Shown here: piece by piece, positions 1 through 14,955 of the stretch
Position numbering within the stretch: position 1 is the first letter of the stretch
Layout of the letters: every line of letters begins with the position of its first letter
Origin: Candidatus Marinacidobacterales bacterium
Lineage (GTDB): Bacteria > Acidobacteriota > Vicinamibacteria > Marinacidobacterales > SMYC01
Length of the DNA: 64,000 nucleotides
NCBI GenBank assembly: GCA_965237955.1
Contig: OZ250169.1
Coordinates: 2,336,001 to 2,400,000, forward strand
Direction: 5' to 3'
Notes under the pieces: generated by a model
The model's database searches: none
What the model saw: only the letters and a program-made list of their open reading frames with translations
Told to the model about the DNA's origin: nothing
Program-made: the position numbers and the translations under genes

Positions 1-97
1 TTCACAGTGCAGCCTATTCGATGTGCGACCGAAAAACGTACCACAGGCGCGAGGGGCACGCAATATTGATACGATCCACGGGCGGTGGAGAGTGAGG

Positions 98-919
98 ATG
101 ACAGGCACGCTTTACGTCGTTTCGACCCCGATCGGCAATCTCCAAGATATGACGCACCGTGCGATCCATACCCTGGGCTCGGTCTTCGTCGTTGCGTGTG
201 AGGACACCCGCACCACCAAGAAACTTCTCAATCACTGGGGTATCCGCGCGAAAACGTTCTCCTACCACGAGCACAACGAGGCTCAGCGAGCGCCCATACT
301 CATCGCGCGCTTGCACGAGGGGAAAGATATTGCCCTCGTCTCCGATGCCGGCACGCCCTTGATCTCCGACCCTGGCTATCGACTCGTCCGCGCCGCCCGG
401 GAGGAGGGCATCCCCGTGCGTTCGGTGCCGGGCGCGAGTGCGGTTCTCGCCGCGCTCGCAGCAGCAGGGGTTCCGACTTCGAGCTTTACGTTTAGAGGCT
501 TCGTCCCATCGCGGGGCGCGGCGCGCACCAAGGCTATCCTCGCGGCCGCAGAGACCACGGGAACGATTGTCCTGTTCGAAGCCGGAAACCGCATCGGGCG
601 CCTTCTCGCTGAGCTCGCGAGCCACGATTCCGACCGGCCCGCTTGTGTGCTTCGAGAGATGACCAAGCTGCATGAAGAACACCAACACGGCACCCTCCGA
701 GAGCTCGCGGCTTGGGCCAAGGAACGAAACTTCAAGGGCGAGATGACGCTCGTCATGAGTACGGCGGGCTCGAAACCGACCGATGTCTCCATCGACTCGC
801 TCGCACCGCGCTACCGCGAGCTCCGCGACGAGGGCTTGTCGGCCCGCGAGGCGTCGAAGCGACTCGCCCGAGAGCACGGATTACCCACGCGCGACATCTA
901 CAATTACTTCAGCAAATGA
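98..919 (+). CDS. rsmI: 16S rRNA (cytidine1402-2'-O)-methyltransferase
   Basis: Motifs GTLYVVSTPIGNLQD, ACEDTR, LVSDAGTPLISDPG, REMTKLHEE; ATG at 98. Confidence 0.95.
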   Translation: MTGTLYVVSTPIGNLQDMTHRAIHTLGSVFVVACEDTRTTKKLLNHWGIRAKTFSYHEHNEAQRAPILIARLHEGKDIALVSDAGTPLISDPGYRLVRAAREEGIPVRSVPGASAVLAALAAAGVPTSSFTFRGFVPSRGAARTKAILAAAETTGTIVLFEAGNRIGRLLAELASHDSDRPACVLREMTKLHEEHQHGTLRELAAWAKERNFKGEMTLVMSTAGSKPTDVSIDSLAPRYRELRDEGLSAREASKRLAREHGLPTRDIYNYFSK

Positions 920-1027
920 GCCTCTTCGAGCAAGTCCTCGCGCTCTCCGACCCGCCGAACGGCTTCGAGCGAAGAGAACGCACTTGCCGATGGCATTCGA
1001 CTCGCGCGCCCTTGTTTCCGTTGCAGT

Positions 1028-1057
1028 TTGACCTGCGGGTGGGTGTCAATCTATAAT
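1028..1057 (+). promoter_or_regulatory. sigma70-type promoter
   Basis: TTGACC-18 bp-TATAAT upstream of the TPR-yvcK-glmU-glmS run. Confidence 0.6.
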
Positions 1058-1152
1058 TTTTAGCTCCCAACCATGAGTGTCTCGGCGACACCCACTCACC
1101 GATTCTGAGGGTGCCTGGTTTCGCGGGCACTGCTGCCGAAAAAGGAGGTCGA

Positions 1153-1695
1153 ATGGCACAAAGAACGACGCGCGCCAAAGGAGCCAAGGGCAAAAAGGCG
1201 GGGCGCGCAATGAGCGAACGCTACCAAAAGGCACTCGAAGGCCTCGAGCGGGCCCTGAAAGCCCTTTACAAGGGCGATCCTGGCAAGGCCAAAGAACATC
1301 TCGCGAAACTACAGGAAAACTACCCCGAGGAGAGAGAGATGATGGACCGCGTGCATTCGTATCTCCTCGTGTGTGAAAAACAGCTCTCGCCGCAACGCCG
1401 GCCGAAGAATGCCGAGGAGATGGTGAACGCCGGCGTGATGTCGCTGAACGAAGGGGATGCGGCCCAAGCCGTCAAACATCTATCCAAGGCGCTCGACCTC
1501 GAGCCCAAAAGTGCACACATCCAGTACTGCCTGGCGGCTGCGCACGCGCGCTCAGGGGATGCCTCGACCACCGCGAAGCACCTCAAACAAGCCATCAGCG
1601 CGGACCCGACGAGCCGCTTCCATGCCAAAACCGACGACGACTTCGCGGGCGTCCGTGATACCGCCGAGGTGGCAGCGCTCCTCGTCGAGGCGTAG
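1153..1695 (+). CDS. TPR-repeat protein
   Basis: AAAGGAGG RBS before ATG; TPR-like helices (AVKHLSKALDLEPKSAHIQYCLAAAHA). Confidence 0.8.
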   Translation: MAQRTTRAKGAKGKKAGRAMSERYQKALEGLERALKALYKGDPGKAKEHLAKLQENYPEEREMMDRVHSYLLVCEKQLSPQRRPKNAEEMVNAGVMSLNEGDAAQAVKHLSKALDLEPKSAHIQYCLAAAHARSGDASTTAKHLKQAISADPTSRFHAKTDDDFAGVRDTAEVAALLVEA

Positions 1696-1707
1696 CGCCA
1701 CCTCGTT

Positions 1708-2733
1708 GTGATTTACGGCCTCAGGGTATTCGCGATCGGGGGCGGCACCGGGCTCTCCGCGCTGCTAGCCGGCCTCAAGCACTTCATCGACCCACCTCCG
1801 CCGAGAGAGTCAAAAGACGAGGTGTATTTCGCGGACTTGGCCGCTCTCGTCACCGTCACCGACGACGGCGGCAGCTCGGGCCGTTTACGCGACGCGTTCC
1901 AAATGCTGCCGCCCGGCGATATCCGCAACTGCCTCGTGGCACTCTCCGAGGACGAGTCGCTCCTCTCGTCGCTGTTCCAGCATCGTTTCGAAGGCGGCGG
2001 GGACTTGGCCGGACACAACTTCGGCAACTTGTTCCTGACGGCGCTCACTGCGGTCACCGGGGATTTCAGCGAGGCGGTGAGCGCGTCGAGCCAAGTGCTC
2101 GCCATCCGCGGCCGCATTTTCCCGTCGACCAATCAAAGCGTCTCGCTCATCGCCGAGCTCGAAAACGGCGAGCGCGTGGCCGGCGAGACCAACATCTCAA
2201 GCTCGACGACGCCCATCCGGCGCGTCAGCCTCGACCCGACGACGTGCCGGCCACCGGAGGACGCGCTCGAAGCCCTGTCGCAGGCCGACTTGGTTCTGAT
2301 TGGCCCGGGCTCTCTCTATACGAGCCTCGTCCCTAATGTTCTCGTTCCCGGAGTCGCGGAGGCGATCGAGAGCTCGGCGGCGCTCGTCGTCTACCTTTCG
2401 AACGTCATGACCCAGCCGGGCGAGACGACCGGCTACTCCATCGCCGATCATGTCGACGCGCTGCTCGCGCATGCCCCGGCCCTCGAGCTGTCGCACATCC
2501 TCGCGAACTCCGCGCCCGTACCCGAGGAAACGTTGGCGCGCTATCGCGACGAGGGTGCCGTTCCCGTCGAGCTCTCCGACGAGAGCGCGCTTCCCTGTCC
2601 GCTCGTACTCGAGGACCTTCTTCATCCTGGCCCGGTGCTGCGCCACGACGGGATGAAGTGCGCTCGCGCTCTCGAGACTCTGTTCCGCCGCACGAGGGTG
2701 CGCGCGGAACAATTTCGTGCGGCACGAACATGA
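1708..2733 (+). CDS. yvcK: YvcK/GlmR (CofD-like, UPF0052) protein
   Basis: Motifs IGGGTGLS, VTVTDDGGSSGRLR, PPGDIRNCL, GHNFGNL, GPGSLYTS, NVMTQPGET. Confidence 0.93.
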   Translation: MIYGLRVFAIGGGTGLSALLAGLKHFIDPPPPRESKDEVYFADLAALVTVTDDGGSSGRLRDAFQMLPPGDIRNCLVALSEDESLLSSLFQHRFEGGGDLAGHNFGNLFLTALTAVTGDFSEAVSASSQVLAIRGRIFPSTNQSVSLIAELENGERVAGETNISSSTTPIRRVSLDPTTCRPPEDALEALSQADLVLIGPGSLYTSLVPNVLVPGVAEAIESSAALVVYLSNVMTQPGETTGYSIADHVDALLAHAPALELSHILANSAPVPEETLARYRDEGAVPVELSDESALPCPLVLEDLLHPGPVLRHDGMKCARALETLFRRTRVRAEQFRAART

Positions 2734-2756
2734 CGCAGGCATGACGCAGGCATGAC
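2730..2756 (+). repeat. 11-bp tandem repeat ATGACGCAGGC x2 + ATGAC at the yvcK stop / glmU start
   Basis: Read directly; removing the two units gives an ATGA stop/start overlap. Confidence 0.85.
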
Positions 2757-3873
2757 CACCGTAACTCTCTGGCCTATTCGACAGAACAAGTTCTTGTCGG
2801 CAAACCTCTTCGGAAAGCCTGTTTGGCAACGCACTCTCGACGCGCTCCGCGCCACGGCGCCACGACGGGTCGTTTGGGTCGGAAGCGGAGCGCCGCACGC
2901 GCTCGAATCGCTTCCCGTGAGCCGGCTAGCGTCGATCCGGGGCCCCGTCCTCGTGGTGCCAGCGGGACTCCCCTGCTTGAGCGCGAGCGCTCTCAAGCGC
3001 CTGGTCGGCTCCGCCCGCAACCGACCCCACGCGCTCTGTCGCAGCGCCGGGGGTACGCCGGTCGTGATTGCGGCGGACGGGCGCGCGCTCGGAAGCCTCA
3101 AAGCGCGCTCCGCCGACGAAGTGGCGCGGAGGTTGAAACCTGATCCTGTCTTTACCGAAGATGAGGATCTTCTCCTCGTCGATTCAGCTCGGGCGTGGAG
3201 CGAGGCGCACCGCATTTTGCGCGAGCGGACGATGACAGCGCTCCTTCGTCGCGGAGTTCTCATCCCCGACCCGACGAGCGTTTCGGTCGCGCCGGAGGTC
3301 TCGGTCGGAGCGGGTACGCTATTGTCACCATTCGTCCTTCTCGAAGGAGACTCGCGCATCGGCACCTCTTGCAACATCGGAAGCTTCAGCCATCTAGTCA
3401 ACGCGACACTCGGCACCGAAACCACGATTCTCGACCATTGCTTCATCCGCGACAGCCGTATCGGCAAAAACGCTTCCATCGGCCCGTTCGCCCACCTCCG
3501 GCCGGACTCGGACGTCGGTGACGCGGCACGCGTCGGGAATTTCGTGGAGCTCAAAAACGCGAAGCTCGGCGCCGGCGCCAAAGCGTCGCACCTGAGCTAC
3601 GTGGGCGACGCCCACGTCGGCAAGAACGCCAACCTCGGTGCGGGAACGATCACGTGCAACTACGACGGCCGTGTGAAGAGCCGCACTATCATCGGTGATG
3701 GCGCGTTCATCGGGAGCGACGTCCAACTCGTCGCTCCGGTTCGCGTCGGCAAAGGTGCCTTCGTCGCCGCCGGCTCCTGTATCGTGAACGATGTCCCCGC
3801 CTACGCACTGGCCCTGGCACGCAGCCAACAAATCATCAAAAAAAACTGGGCCAAACGAAGGCGAAAACCCTGA
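2752..3873 (+). CDS. glmU: GlmU-like protein: intact hexapeptide acetyltransferase domain, degenerate N-terminal nucleotidyltransferase domain
   Basis: C-terminal IGPFAHLRP, GNFVELK, SHLSYVGDA, GAGTITCNYDG; N-terminus lacks GxGTR/K motif; 373 aa. Confidence 0.88.
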   Translation: MTTVTLWPIRQNKFLSANLFGKPVWQRTLDALRATAPRRVVWVGSGAPHALESLPVSRLASIRGPVLVVPAGLPCLSASALKRLVGSARNRPHALCRSAGGTPVVIAADGRALGSLKARSADEVARRLKPDPVFTEDEDLLLVDSARAWSEAHRILRERTMTALLRRGVLIPDPTSVSVAPEVSVGAGTLLSPFVLLEGDSRIGTSCNIGSFSHLVNATLGTETTILDHCFIRDSRIGKNASIGPFAHLRPDSDVGDAARVGNFVELKNAKLGAGAKASHLSYVGDAHVGKNANLGAGTITCNYDGRVKSRTIIGDGAFIGSDVQLVAPVRVGKGAFVAAGSCIVNDVPAYALALARSQQIIKKNWAKRRRKP

Positions 3874-3883
3874 TGACTAAGAA

Positions 3884-3926
3884 GCTGAAAGCCGCTGGAT
3901 GCTGGATGCTGAATGCTGGATGCTGA
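3884..3926 (+). repeat. heptamer tandem repeat (GCTGGAT/GCTGAAT)
   Basis: About 5 degenerate units between glmU and glmS. Confidence 0.75.
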
Positions 3927-3928
3927 TC

Positions 3929-5770
3929 ATGTGTGGAATCATCGGCTACATCGGCGAGCGTCCCACGTCCGAGATGCTTCTCCAAGGACTGCGCTCGCTC
4001 GAGTACCGCGGCTACGACTCCGCCGGCATCGCCGTCGTTGGCGACGGCAAGCTCGAGCTTCTTCGCTCCGAAGGCAAGCTCGATAATCTCGCACGCCAGA
4101 TCGACCCCAAGACCTTGAACGGCTCCTACGGTCTCGGCCACACGCGCTGGGCGACCCATGGCCGTCCCAACGAAGAAAACGCGCACCCCCATCGTGACTG
4201 CACGGGAACCATCGTCGTCGTCCACAACGGGATCATCGAGAACTACCTCGAGCTCAAAGCGAAACTTGCCGAGCGAGGCCACGAGTTCGTCACCGAGACC
4301 GATACCGAGATCATCGCGCACACGATCGAAAAACACTTCGCCGGCGATCTCGCCCTGGCCGTCAGGCGCTCGCTCGAGGAATTCGAAGGCGTGTTCGCGT
4401 TCGTCGCCCTCGCCGCGAGCGAGCCTGACATTCTAATAGGCGCGCGCAACGGTCCGCCTCTCGTACTCGGGCTCGGCGACGACGAGTCGTTCATTGCATC
4501 GGACGTCCCAGCGTTTTTGAACCACACGCGCTCGGCGGTTTTTCTCGACGATGGCGACGTCGCCATCCTCAAACGCGGAGACGTTCAGGTGGTCGATATA
4601 AGCGGCAAGGTGCAAGAGCGCCCGGTGCAGCGGATCACGTGGGATCCCGTCCAAGTCGAAAAACAGGGCTTCAAGCATTTCATGCTCAAGGAGATCTTCG
4701 AGCAGCCCCGCGCGGTTCGCGATACGCTCCTCGGGCGCTACTCCCTCGACACCGGTCTCGTCCACTTGAACGAAGTGGCGCTCGCCGACGAGTTCATCGA
4801 GCGGTTGAGCCGGATCTCGATCGCGGCGTGCGGCACGAGCTGGCTCGCGGCACAGGTGGGAAAGTTCTACATCGAAGAGCTCGCGCGGATTCCCGTCGAC
4901 GTCGACGTCGCCTCCGAGTTCCGGTATCGAAACCCAATCTTGGATGAGGACCAGCTCGTCATTGGCATCACCCAGTCGGGCGAGACCGCGGACACCCTCG
5001 CCGCACTCAAGACCGCTAACGAGTCCGGGGCGACGACGCTCGCGATCTGTAACGTCACGGGCTCGATGGCGACGAGGATCTGCGATCACACGCTCTACAC
5101 CCACGCGGGCCCGGAGATCGGCGTCGCGGCGACGAAGACGTTCACGTCTCAGATCGTCTCGCTCTACCTCCTCGCGCTACAGCTTGCCGGCAAGCTCGGC
5201 CGACTGAGCGCCGACGATTCCCGCGAGCGGCTGGAAGAGCTCGCGCGTACGCCTCACCTGATGGAACAAGCGCTAGAGATGGCGCCGGCGATCATAGATG
5301 TCGCTCGCGAGTTCCACCTCGTCGGCAACTTTTTGTTCCTCGGGCGCGGCCACCTCTACCCGATTGCGCTCGAAGGCGCACTCAAATTGAAGGAGCTGTC
5401 GTACATTCACGCCGAGGGCTACCCCGCCGGTGAGATGAAGCACGGACCCATCGCGCTCATCGACGATCGTATGCCTCTGGTCGCGCTCGCGCTCGATAAC
5501 CCGCTGTTCGAGAAGATCGCCAACAACATTCACGAAGCCAAAGCGAGGGGAGCCCGGATCATCGCCGTGACCACGGAGGGTGACGATCGGCTCCTCCCGA
5601 TTCTCGACGATGACCGCGACAGCGTCATCCGGCTGCCGAAACACCCGGACGCCGTCTCGCCCATGGTGAGCGTCCTGCCGCTACAGCTTCTCGCCTACCA
5701 CATCGCCGTACGGCGTGGCTGCGACGTAGACCAGCCGCGCAACCTTGCGAAATCCGTTACCGTTGAGTAA
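3929..5770 (+). CDS. glmS: glutamine-fructose-6-phosphate aminotransferase
   Basis: MCGIIG start, LEYRGYDSAG, GHTRWATHG, C-terminal PRNLAKSVTVE. Confidence 0.98.
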   Translation: MCGIIGYIGERPTSEMLLQGLRSLEYRGYDSAGIAVVGDGKLELLRSEGKLDNLARQIDPKTLNGSYGLGHTRWATHGRPNEENAHPHRDCTGTIVVVHNGIIENYLELKAKLAERGHEFVTETDTEIIAHTIEKHFAGDLALAVRRSLEEFEGVFAFVALAASEPDILIGARNGPPLVLGLGDDESFIASDVPAFLNHTRSAVFLDDGDVAILKRGDVQVVDISGKVQERPVQRITWDPVQVEKQGFKHFMLKEIFEQPRAVRDTLLGRYSLDTGLVHLNEVALADEFIERLSRISIAACGTSWLAAQVGKFYIEELARIPVDVDVASEFRYRNPILDEDQLVIGITQSGETADTLAALKTANESGATTLAICNVTGSMATRICDHTLYTHAGPEIGVAATKTFTSQIVSLYLLALQLAGKLGRLSADDSRERLEELARTPHLMEQALEMAPAIIDVAREFHLVGNFLFLGRGHLYPIALEGALKLKELSYIHAEGYPAGEMKHGPIALIDDRMPLVALALDNPLFEKIANNIHEAKARGARIIAVTTEGDDRLLPILDDDRDSVIRLPKHPDAVSPMVSVLPLQLLAYHIAVRRGCDVDQPRNLAKSVTVE

Positions 5771-5847
5771 CGGCGGCGGGAATCAACGCAAAAAACATCA
5801 CCAAAATTGCGCATCGAGGCACCGAGGAAAGACTGTACACTGTGGCG

Positions 5848-7980
5848 ATGGCGCCACATTTTCTCCCACATTTTCTCGAAGACCTCAACGAGCAACAGCG
5901 CGAGGCCGTCACCGCGCCTGACGGTCCCCTTTTGGTGCTCGCCGGTGCCGGCTCGGGTAAAACCCGGGTCATCGTCTACCGGATGGCCTATCTCATCGAA
6001 GGTCGCGGGGTTTCCCCGGACACCCTCCTTGCGGTGACGTTCACCAACAAGGCCGCCGATGAAATGCGCAGCCGCGTGCGCGCGATCTTGAGTTCGGGGA
6101 AGGACGCCGCCGTCCATACCTTCCACGCCCTGTGCCTGCGGTTATTGCGACGCTTCGGTGAGGATATCGGACTCCGCTCGGGGTTTACGCTCTACGGGAA
6201 CGACGAACGCAAGAGCTTGCTGCGCCGCATCTGCCGCGACGAGGGTATCGCCGAGCGCGAGTTTCCTTTGTCGCGGATCGCGTCGAGCGTGTCCGTTCAC
6301 AAGTTGCGCACGTTCGCCGGAGGCGGCGGAGGCGGCGGCGGCGACAGCCGCTTCCAGCACCTCCTCAAGGCAGTCGCCCTCCGATACCAGAAAGAGCTCG
6401 ACGCCCAGGGCGCGGTCGATTTCGATGACCTGTTGTTGCGGGCGGTCGAGCTCATGGAATGCTCCGAACGAGCGCAATCGTTTGCCGAGCGCAGGTTCCA
6501 ACACGTGCTCGTCGACGAGTACCAAGACACCAATCGCATCCAATATCGATTGCTGCGGCTTTTGGCGCCCCACAAGAACATCTTCGTCGTCGGTGATGAC
6601 GACCAGTCGATCTACAACTTCCGCGGCGCCGACATGCGTAACATCCTCGACTTCGAGACCGACTTCCCGAACGCGACCACCACCAAGCTCGAGGTCAACT
6701 ATCGCTCCTCGGGTGCGATCCTGCGCGCGGCCACCGCCGTGATCGAGAATAATCGCTCGCGGAAAGGTAAGCGCCTCATCGCGAGCCACGACGAAGGTCA
6801 GCCACCCGAGCTCTATGGCGCGGTCGATGATCGCGCCGAGGCGGCGCACGTCGCCCGGCGCCTCGACGAGCTTCGCAAACAAAACGATTCCGAAGACGCG
6901 GCCATCTTGTTACGCACACACGCGCAAACACGGGTCTTCGAGGAAGAGCTTCTCGCGCGCGGCATCCCACATCGCGTGCTCGGTGGGTTGCGCTTCTACG
7001 ATCGCAAAGAGATCAAGGACGCGCTCGGCTACGCCCGGCTCGTTCTGAACCGCCACGACGACGCGAGCTTTCTCCGAGTCGCGAACATGCCCATCCGCGG
7101 CGTCGGCAAGGCGAGCATCGCTATCGTCCAACAGGCCGCGGAACAGGCGGGCTCTTCTCTATGGGACGCATCGCTCCACGCGCTTCAGGCCCTGCCCGGC
7201 GACCTTTTGCTCGGACGAGCCCGCGTGGGGCTCGCCCAGTTTCGCGAGGTCGTCGACAAGCTCGCCGCGGCGTCTCGAGACGAGACGCCCTCCCGCGTCC
7301 TCCGCAGAATGTTCTCCGAGACCGGACTCGTGAAGGAATTCGAGCGTGAAGGCGAAGCGGCCGCGCGCGAGCGCAAGGAGAACTTAGACCAGCTCGTCGC
7401 CGCGGCGACAGAGTACGAGGCAGGGCCTTCCCCGACGCTCGCGGGTTTTCTCGACAGCGTCAGCCTCCTCACAGACATCGATACCGTCGGATCCACACCT
7501 TGTCTTCTCATGACACTCCATGCGGCCAAGGGACTCGAGTTCGACACCGTGTTCCTTGCGGGCCTGGAAGAGGGCCTGTTCCCGCACATTCGCGCGAGCG
7601 GCGACGTGAAAGGGCTCGAAGAGGAGCGGCGCCTCTTCTATGTAGGGATGACGCGCGCGAAACGACGCTTGCATCTCTCCTTCGCTATGTCCCGCCGGTT
7701 CTCCTATCAGACGAGTGCGCGGCGGCCGTCGCGCTTTCTAACGGAAATTCCCGACGCCGACCTCGTGGCAACGTCGGGCACGCGAACCCAAACCGTCGAT
7801 CGCTCTGGGGATGCGGGACCTCTTCGGAGGGGGGCGGTCGTCCACCATGCCAAGTTCGGTGAAGGCAAAGTGCTCGACGCCTCGGGAAGTGGCCCCGACC
7901 GCCGCGTGACGGTGTTGTTCCACAAAGCCGGCAGGAAACGCCTCGTCGCCCAATACGCGAAACTTCAAGTCGTGGGTTAG
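5848..7980 (+). CDS. uvrD: UvrD/PcrA SF1 DNA helicase
   Basis: LAGAGSGKT, VDEYQDTN, VGDDDQSIY, TLHAAKGLEF, EERRLFYVGMTRA. Confidence 0.93.
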   Translation: MAPHFLPHFLEDLNEQQREAVTAPDGPLLVLAGAGSGKTRVIVYRMAYLIEGRGVSPDTLLAVTFTNKAADEMRSRVRAILSSGKDAAVHTFHALCLRLLRRFGEDIGLRSGFTLYGNDERKSLLRRICRDEGIAEREFPLSRIASSVSVHKLRTFAGGGGGGGGDSRFQHLLKAVALRYQKELDAQGAVDFDDLLLRAVELMECSERAQSFAERRFQHVLVDEYQDTNRIQYRLLRLLAPHKNIFVVGDDDQSIYNFRGADMRNILDFETDFPNATTTKLEVNYRSSGAILRAATAVIENNRSRKGKRLIASHDEGQPPELYGAVDDRAEAAHVARRLDELRKQNDSEDAAILLRTHAQTRVFEEELLARGIPHRVLGGLRFYDRKEIKDALGYARLVLNRHDDASFLRVANMPIRGVGKASIAIVQQAAEQAGSSLWDASLHALQALPGDLLLGRARVGLAQFREVVDKLAAASRDETPSRVLRRMFSETGLVKEFEREGEAAARERKENLDQLVAAATEYEAGPSPTLAGFLDSVSLLTDIDTVGSTPCLLMTLHAAKGLEFDTVFLAGLEEGLFPHIRASGDVKGLEEERRLFYVGMTRAKRRLHLSFAMSRRFSYQTSARRPSRFLTEIPDADLVATSGTRTQTVDRSGDAGPLRRGAVVHHAKFGEGKVLDASGSGPDRRVTVLFHKAGRKRLVAQYAKLQVVG

Positions 7981-8657
7981 TAGGCTTTCGCGACTTCGGT
8001 AATAATCCGACGCGCAGGCACTAACGCATCAAACTGATTCTTCAGCTCGTACTGCGTCAACGTGATGATGTAGTGCCCATCACCCGCGGCCGTCGTCACC
8101 CGGACCCGAGCATCTTTTCGTAGCGCCACTCCGGTCAAGTACTCGGGACTCGACTCGCGCTGGAGCGATTTGTTCACCTGTCGGATCTCCCGCTCGAGCG
8201 CGATCTCAGCTTCGTGGAGCTTGCTGACAACCTGGCGGCGCTCGAGGCGAAAGACTTCCCACTGGTCCTGAAGCTCACCGTTTCGTCCGGGGAAGTGGTA
8301 ATCGGGCTCCTCGCTGACGCGCGCACGGATGCGTCTCAAAGTCTCGTAGTTCTCTCGCCGGAACTCGCCGAACACCTTGAACTGAGCGTCTCGCTCATCC
8401 TCGGCCGTCTCCACGATCTGCCGAAGCTCGGGGACGAGATAAGGATCGCGGCGCTCGTCGCTTATCTCGAGAATGTTCCAAGATTCCACATCCTCGGGAA
8501 AAGCGACCATGGAGAGCGCGGCGACGGTTTCGTTGTCTCCCCGCTGGCTCGCCTCCAAGTACCGATCGAGCACCTCCTGCTCAGGTCCGGCGCAGCCGAC
8601 GCTCAACCAAACCGGGACCACCGCGAAAACGATGAGTCGCGACCCGTCCATGTCCAT
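7977..8657 (-). CDS. hypothetical lipoprotein
   Basis: Hydrophobic leader ending LSVGC; acidic helical body; start uncertain. Confidence 0.6.
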   Translation of the reverse strand: MDMDGSRLIVFAVVPVWLSVGCAGPEQEVLDRYLEASQRGDNETVAALSMVAFPEDVESWNILEISDERRDPYLVPELRQIVETAEDERDAQFKVFGEFRRENYETLRRIRARVSEEPDYHFPGRNGELQDQWEVFRLERRQVVSKLHEAEIALEREIRQVNKSLQRESSPEYLTGVALRKDARVRVTTAAGDGHYIITLTQYELKNQFDALVPARRIITEVAKAY

Positions 8658-8685
8658 GAAACCTCCAAGCTCGCACCCAGGCTCA

Positions 8686-9552
8686 CTATCTCGGTGGCCC
8701 TCTCCGGCGACCCGCACCCCATCTTATTTTTTTCTGCAGCTTTTGCAACAGCGCCTCCTCGTCTTCGCCGTCGAGCGATTGGTGCTGCAGCTCGGTCGCG
8801 TGCAAGCGCGCCTCGAGCTCGACCACGTCCGCGGAGTCCGGAAACGCACCTCCCGCGACCGACACGCGCTCGCGCGCGGCAGCGAATCGGCCGAGGCTCA
8901 TCAAAACTTCGACTTCGCGGAGCATGGCCTCATGACGATAGTCCTCGTCGCTGGTGCGCTCCTCCAACTCCCGCAGGAGGCGCAGCGATTCGTCGGCGGA
9001 GCCACCGAGCCACTCGAGGTTCGCGAGACGCATGTACGCGCTGTCGGTGTCGCGGCGGTAGGGAAGCCCGAGCGCGAGACGGTATGCGTTCGCCGACGCG
9101 TCGAACTCACCCATGCGATAGTGGCAATGCGCGATCTCGAGCAAGGTTTGACGGCGGACGTTCTCGTCGAGATCCTCGGCAAGAAGCGCACGGTACAACT
9201 TCACCGCCCTCTGAGGCTCTTGGAGGTCCTCCTCGTACAGCCGTGCAAGCAACCGCTGCGCCTCGATATCGACGCTCGAGTCCGGATAATCGTCTAGCAT
9301 CTTGACGAGGATGTCTTTGGCGGCGTCGACGTCGCGGAGCCGAAGGTAATAGATTTGTGCGAGCTCGTAGTGCGCCTCGGCCGCGAGCTGGCTGTCAGGG
9401 GCCTGGATGGTGATCTCCAGGTAGAGGCGCGCCGCGGCCTCGTAGTTATCCGCTTCCATCGCCCGCCGCGCCTCGGAAAATAGGCTATTCGAGCGATCGC
9501 TACAGGCCGCGAGCGCGAGCCATGCGATTGTCACGAGCACCACTTTGGGCAT
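8686..9552 (-). CDS. TPR-repeat lipoprotein (BamD/YbgF-like)
   Basis: Lipobox LAAC; TPR motifs AEAHYELAQIYY, DDYPDS. Confidence 0.75.
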   Translation of the reverse strand: MPKVVLVTIAWLALAACSDRSNSLFSEARRAMEADNYEAAARLYLEITIQAPDSQLAAEAHYELAQIYYLRLRDVDAAKDILVKMLDDYPDSSVDIEAQRLLARLYEEDLQEPQRAVKLYRALLAEDLDENVRRQTLLEIAHCHYRMGEFDASANAYRLALGLPYRRDTDSAYMRLANLEWLGGSADESLRLLRELEERTSDEDYRHEAMLREVEVLMSLGRFAAARERVSVAGGAFPDSADVVELEARLHATELQHQSLDGEDEEALLQKLQKKIRWGAGRRRGPPR

Positions 9553-9638
9553 AGGTTGTTCGATTTGGCCGGCGCGGATTGAGGGTATCTGTAGAACCCC
9601 CCATGAGGTCGAGTGTAGCGTAGGCGAGCCGGCAAAGG

Positions 9639-12089
<2,451 letters not shown>

Positions 12090-12154
12090 GTTTGTCTCCG
12101 TGATTTCTTACGTTCGCCGCGGGTGGCCGCTGACTCTTATGCCAGACGCACTCA

Positions 12155-12397
12155 CAGGGCGCTGATCAACAACCGCGCGCCCTGCGCGAGCGCCTCGTGC
12201 AGCGAGCCCGTCGAGCGGAGCGCTAGCTCGTTCGGAGAACGGGCGCGTTGGCAAGAAAGACGCGAGCCCCGGCCCGCCGCCGTCCGCAGCGAGCCTGCGA
12301 GCGAAGGACGGGGCGCGAACGAAGAGCGCGCGCCCACTGATGAATGGGCCGACGAGAGCCCCGGCGAGTGAGCGAAGAGCTCGGCATAACGAGCATT
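12155..12397. repeat. intergenic REP/MITE-like repeat, long copy
   Basis: Starts CAGGGCGCTGA; last ~94 bp match 30101-30194. Confidence 0.65.
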
Positions 12398-12402
12398 GAG
12401 CA

Positions 12403-14913
<2,511 letters not shown>

Positions 14914-14955
14914 CTAGCCGAAAACGCCGGCGTCTAACTCGTCGTTGAACGTCGT

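Noticed and set aside
6319-6343. GGC run encoding poly-Gly in uvrD as a phase-variable tract
   Set aside because: Triplet repeat stays in frame; probably a linker
12337-12345. CTGATGA hammerhead-like core in the intergenic repeat
   Set aside because: No matching GAAA, and the second copy reads TTGATGA
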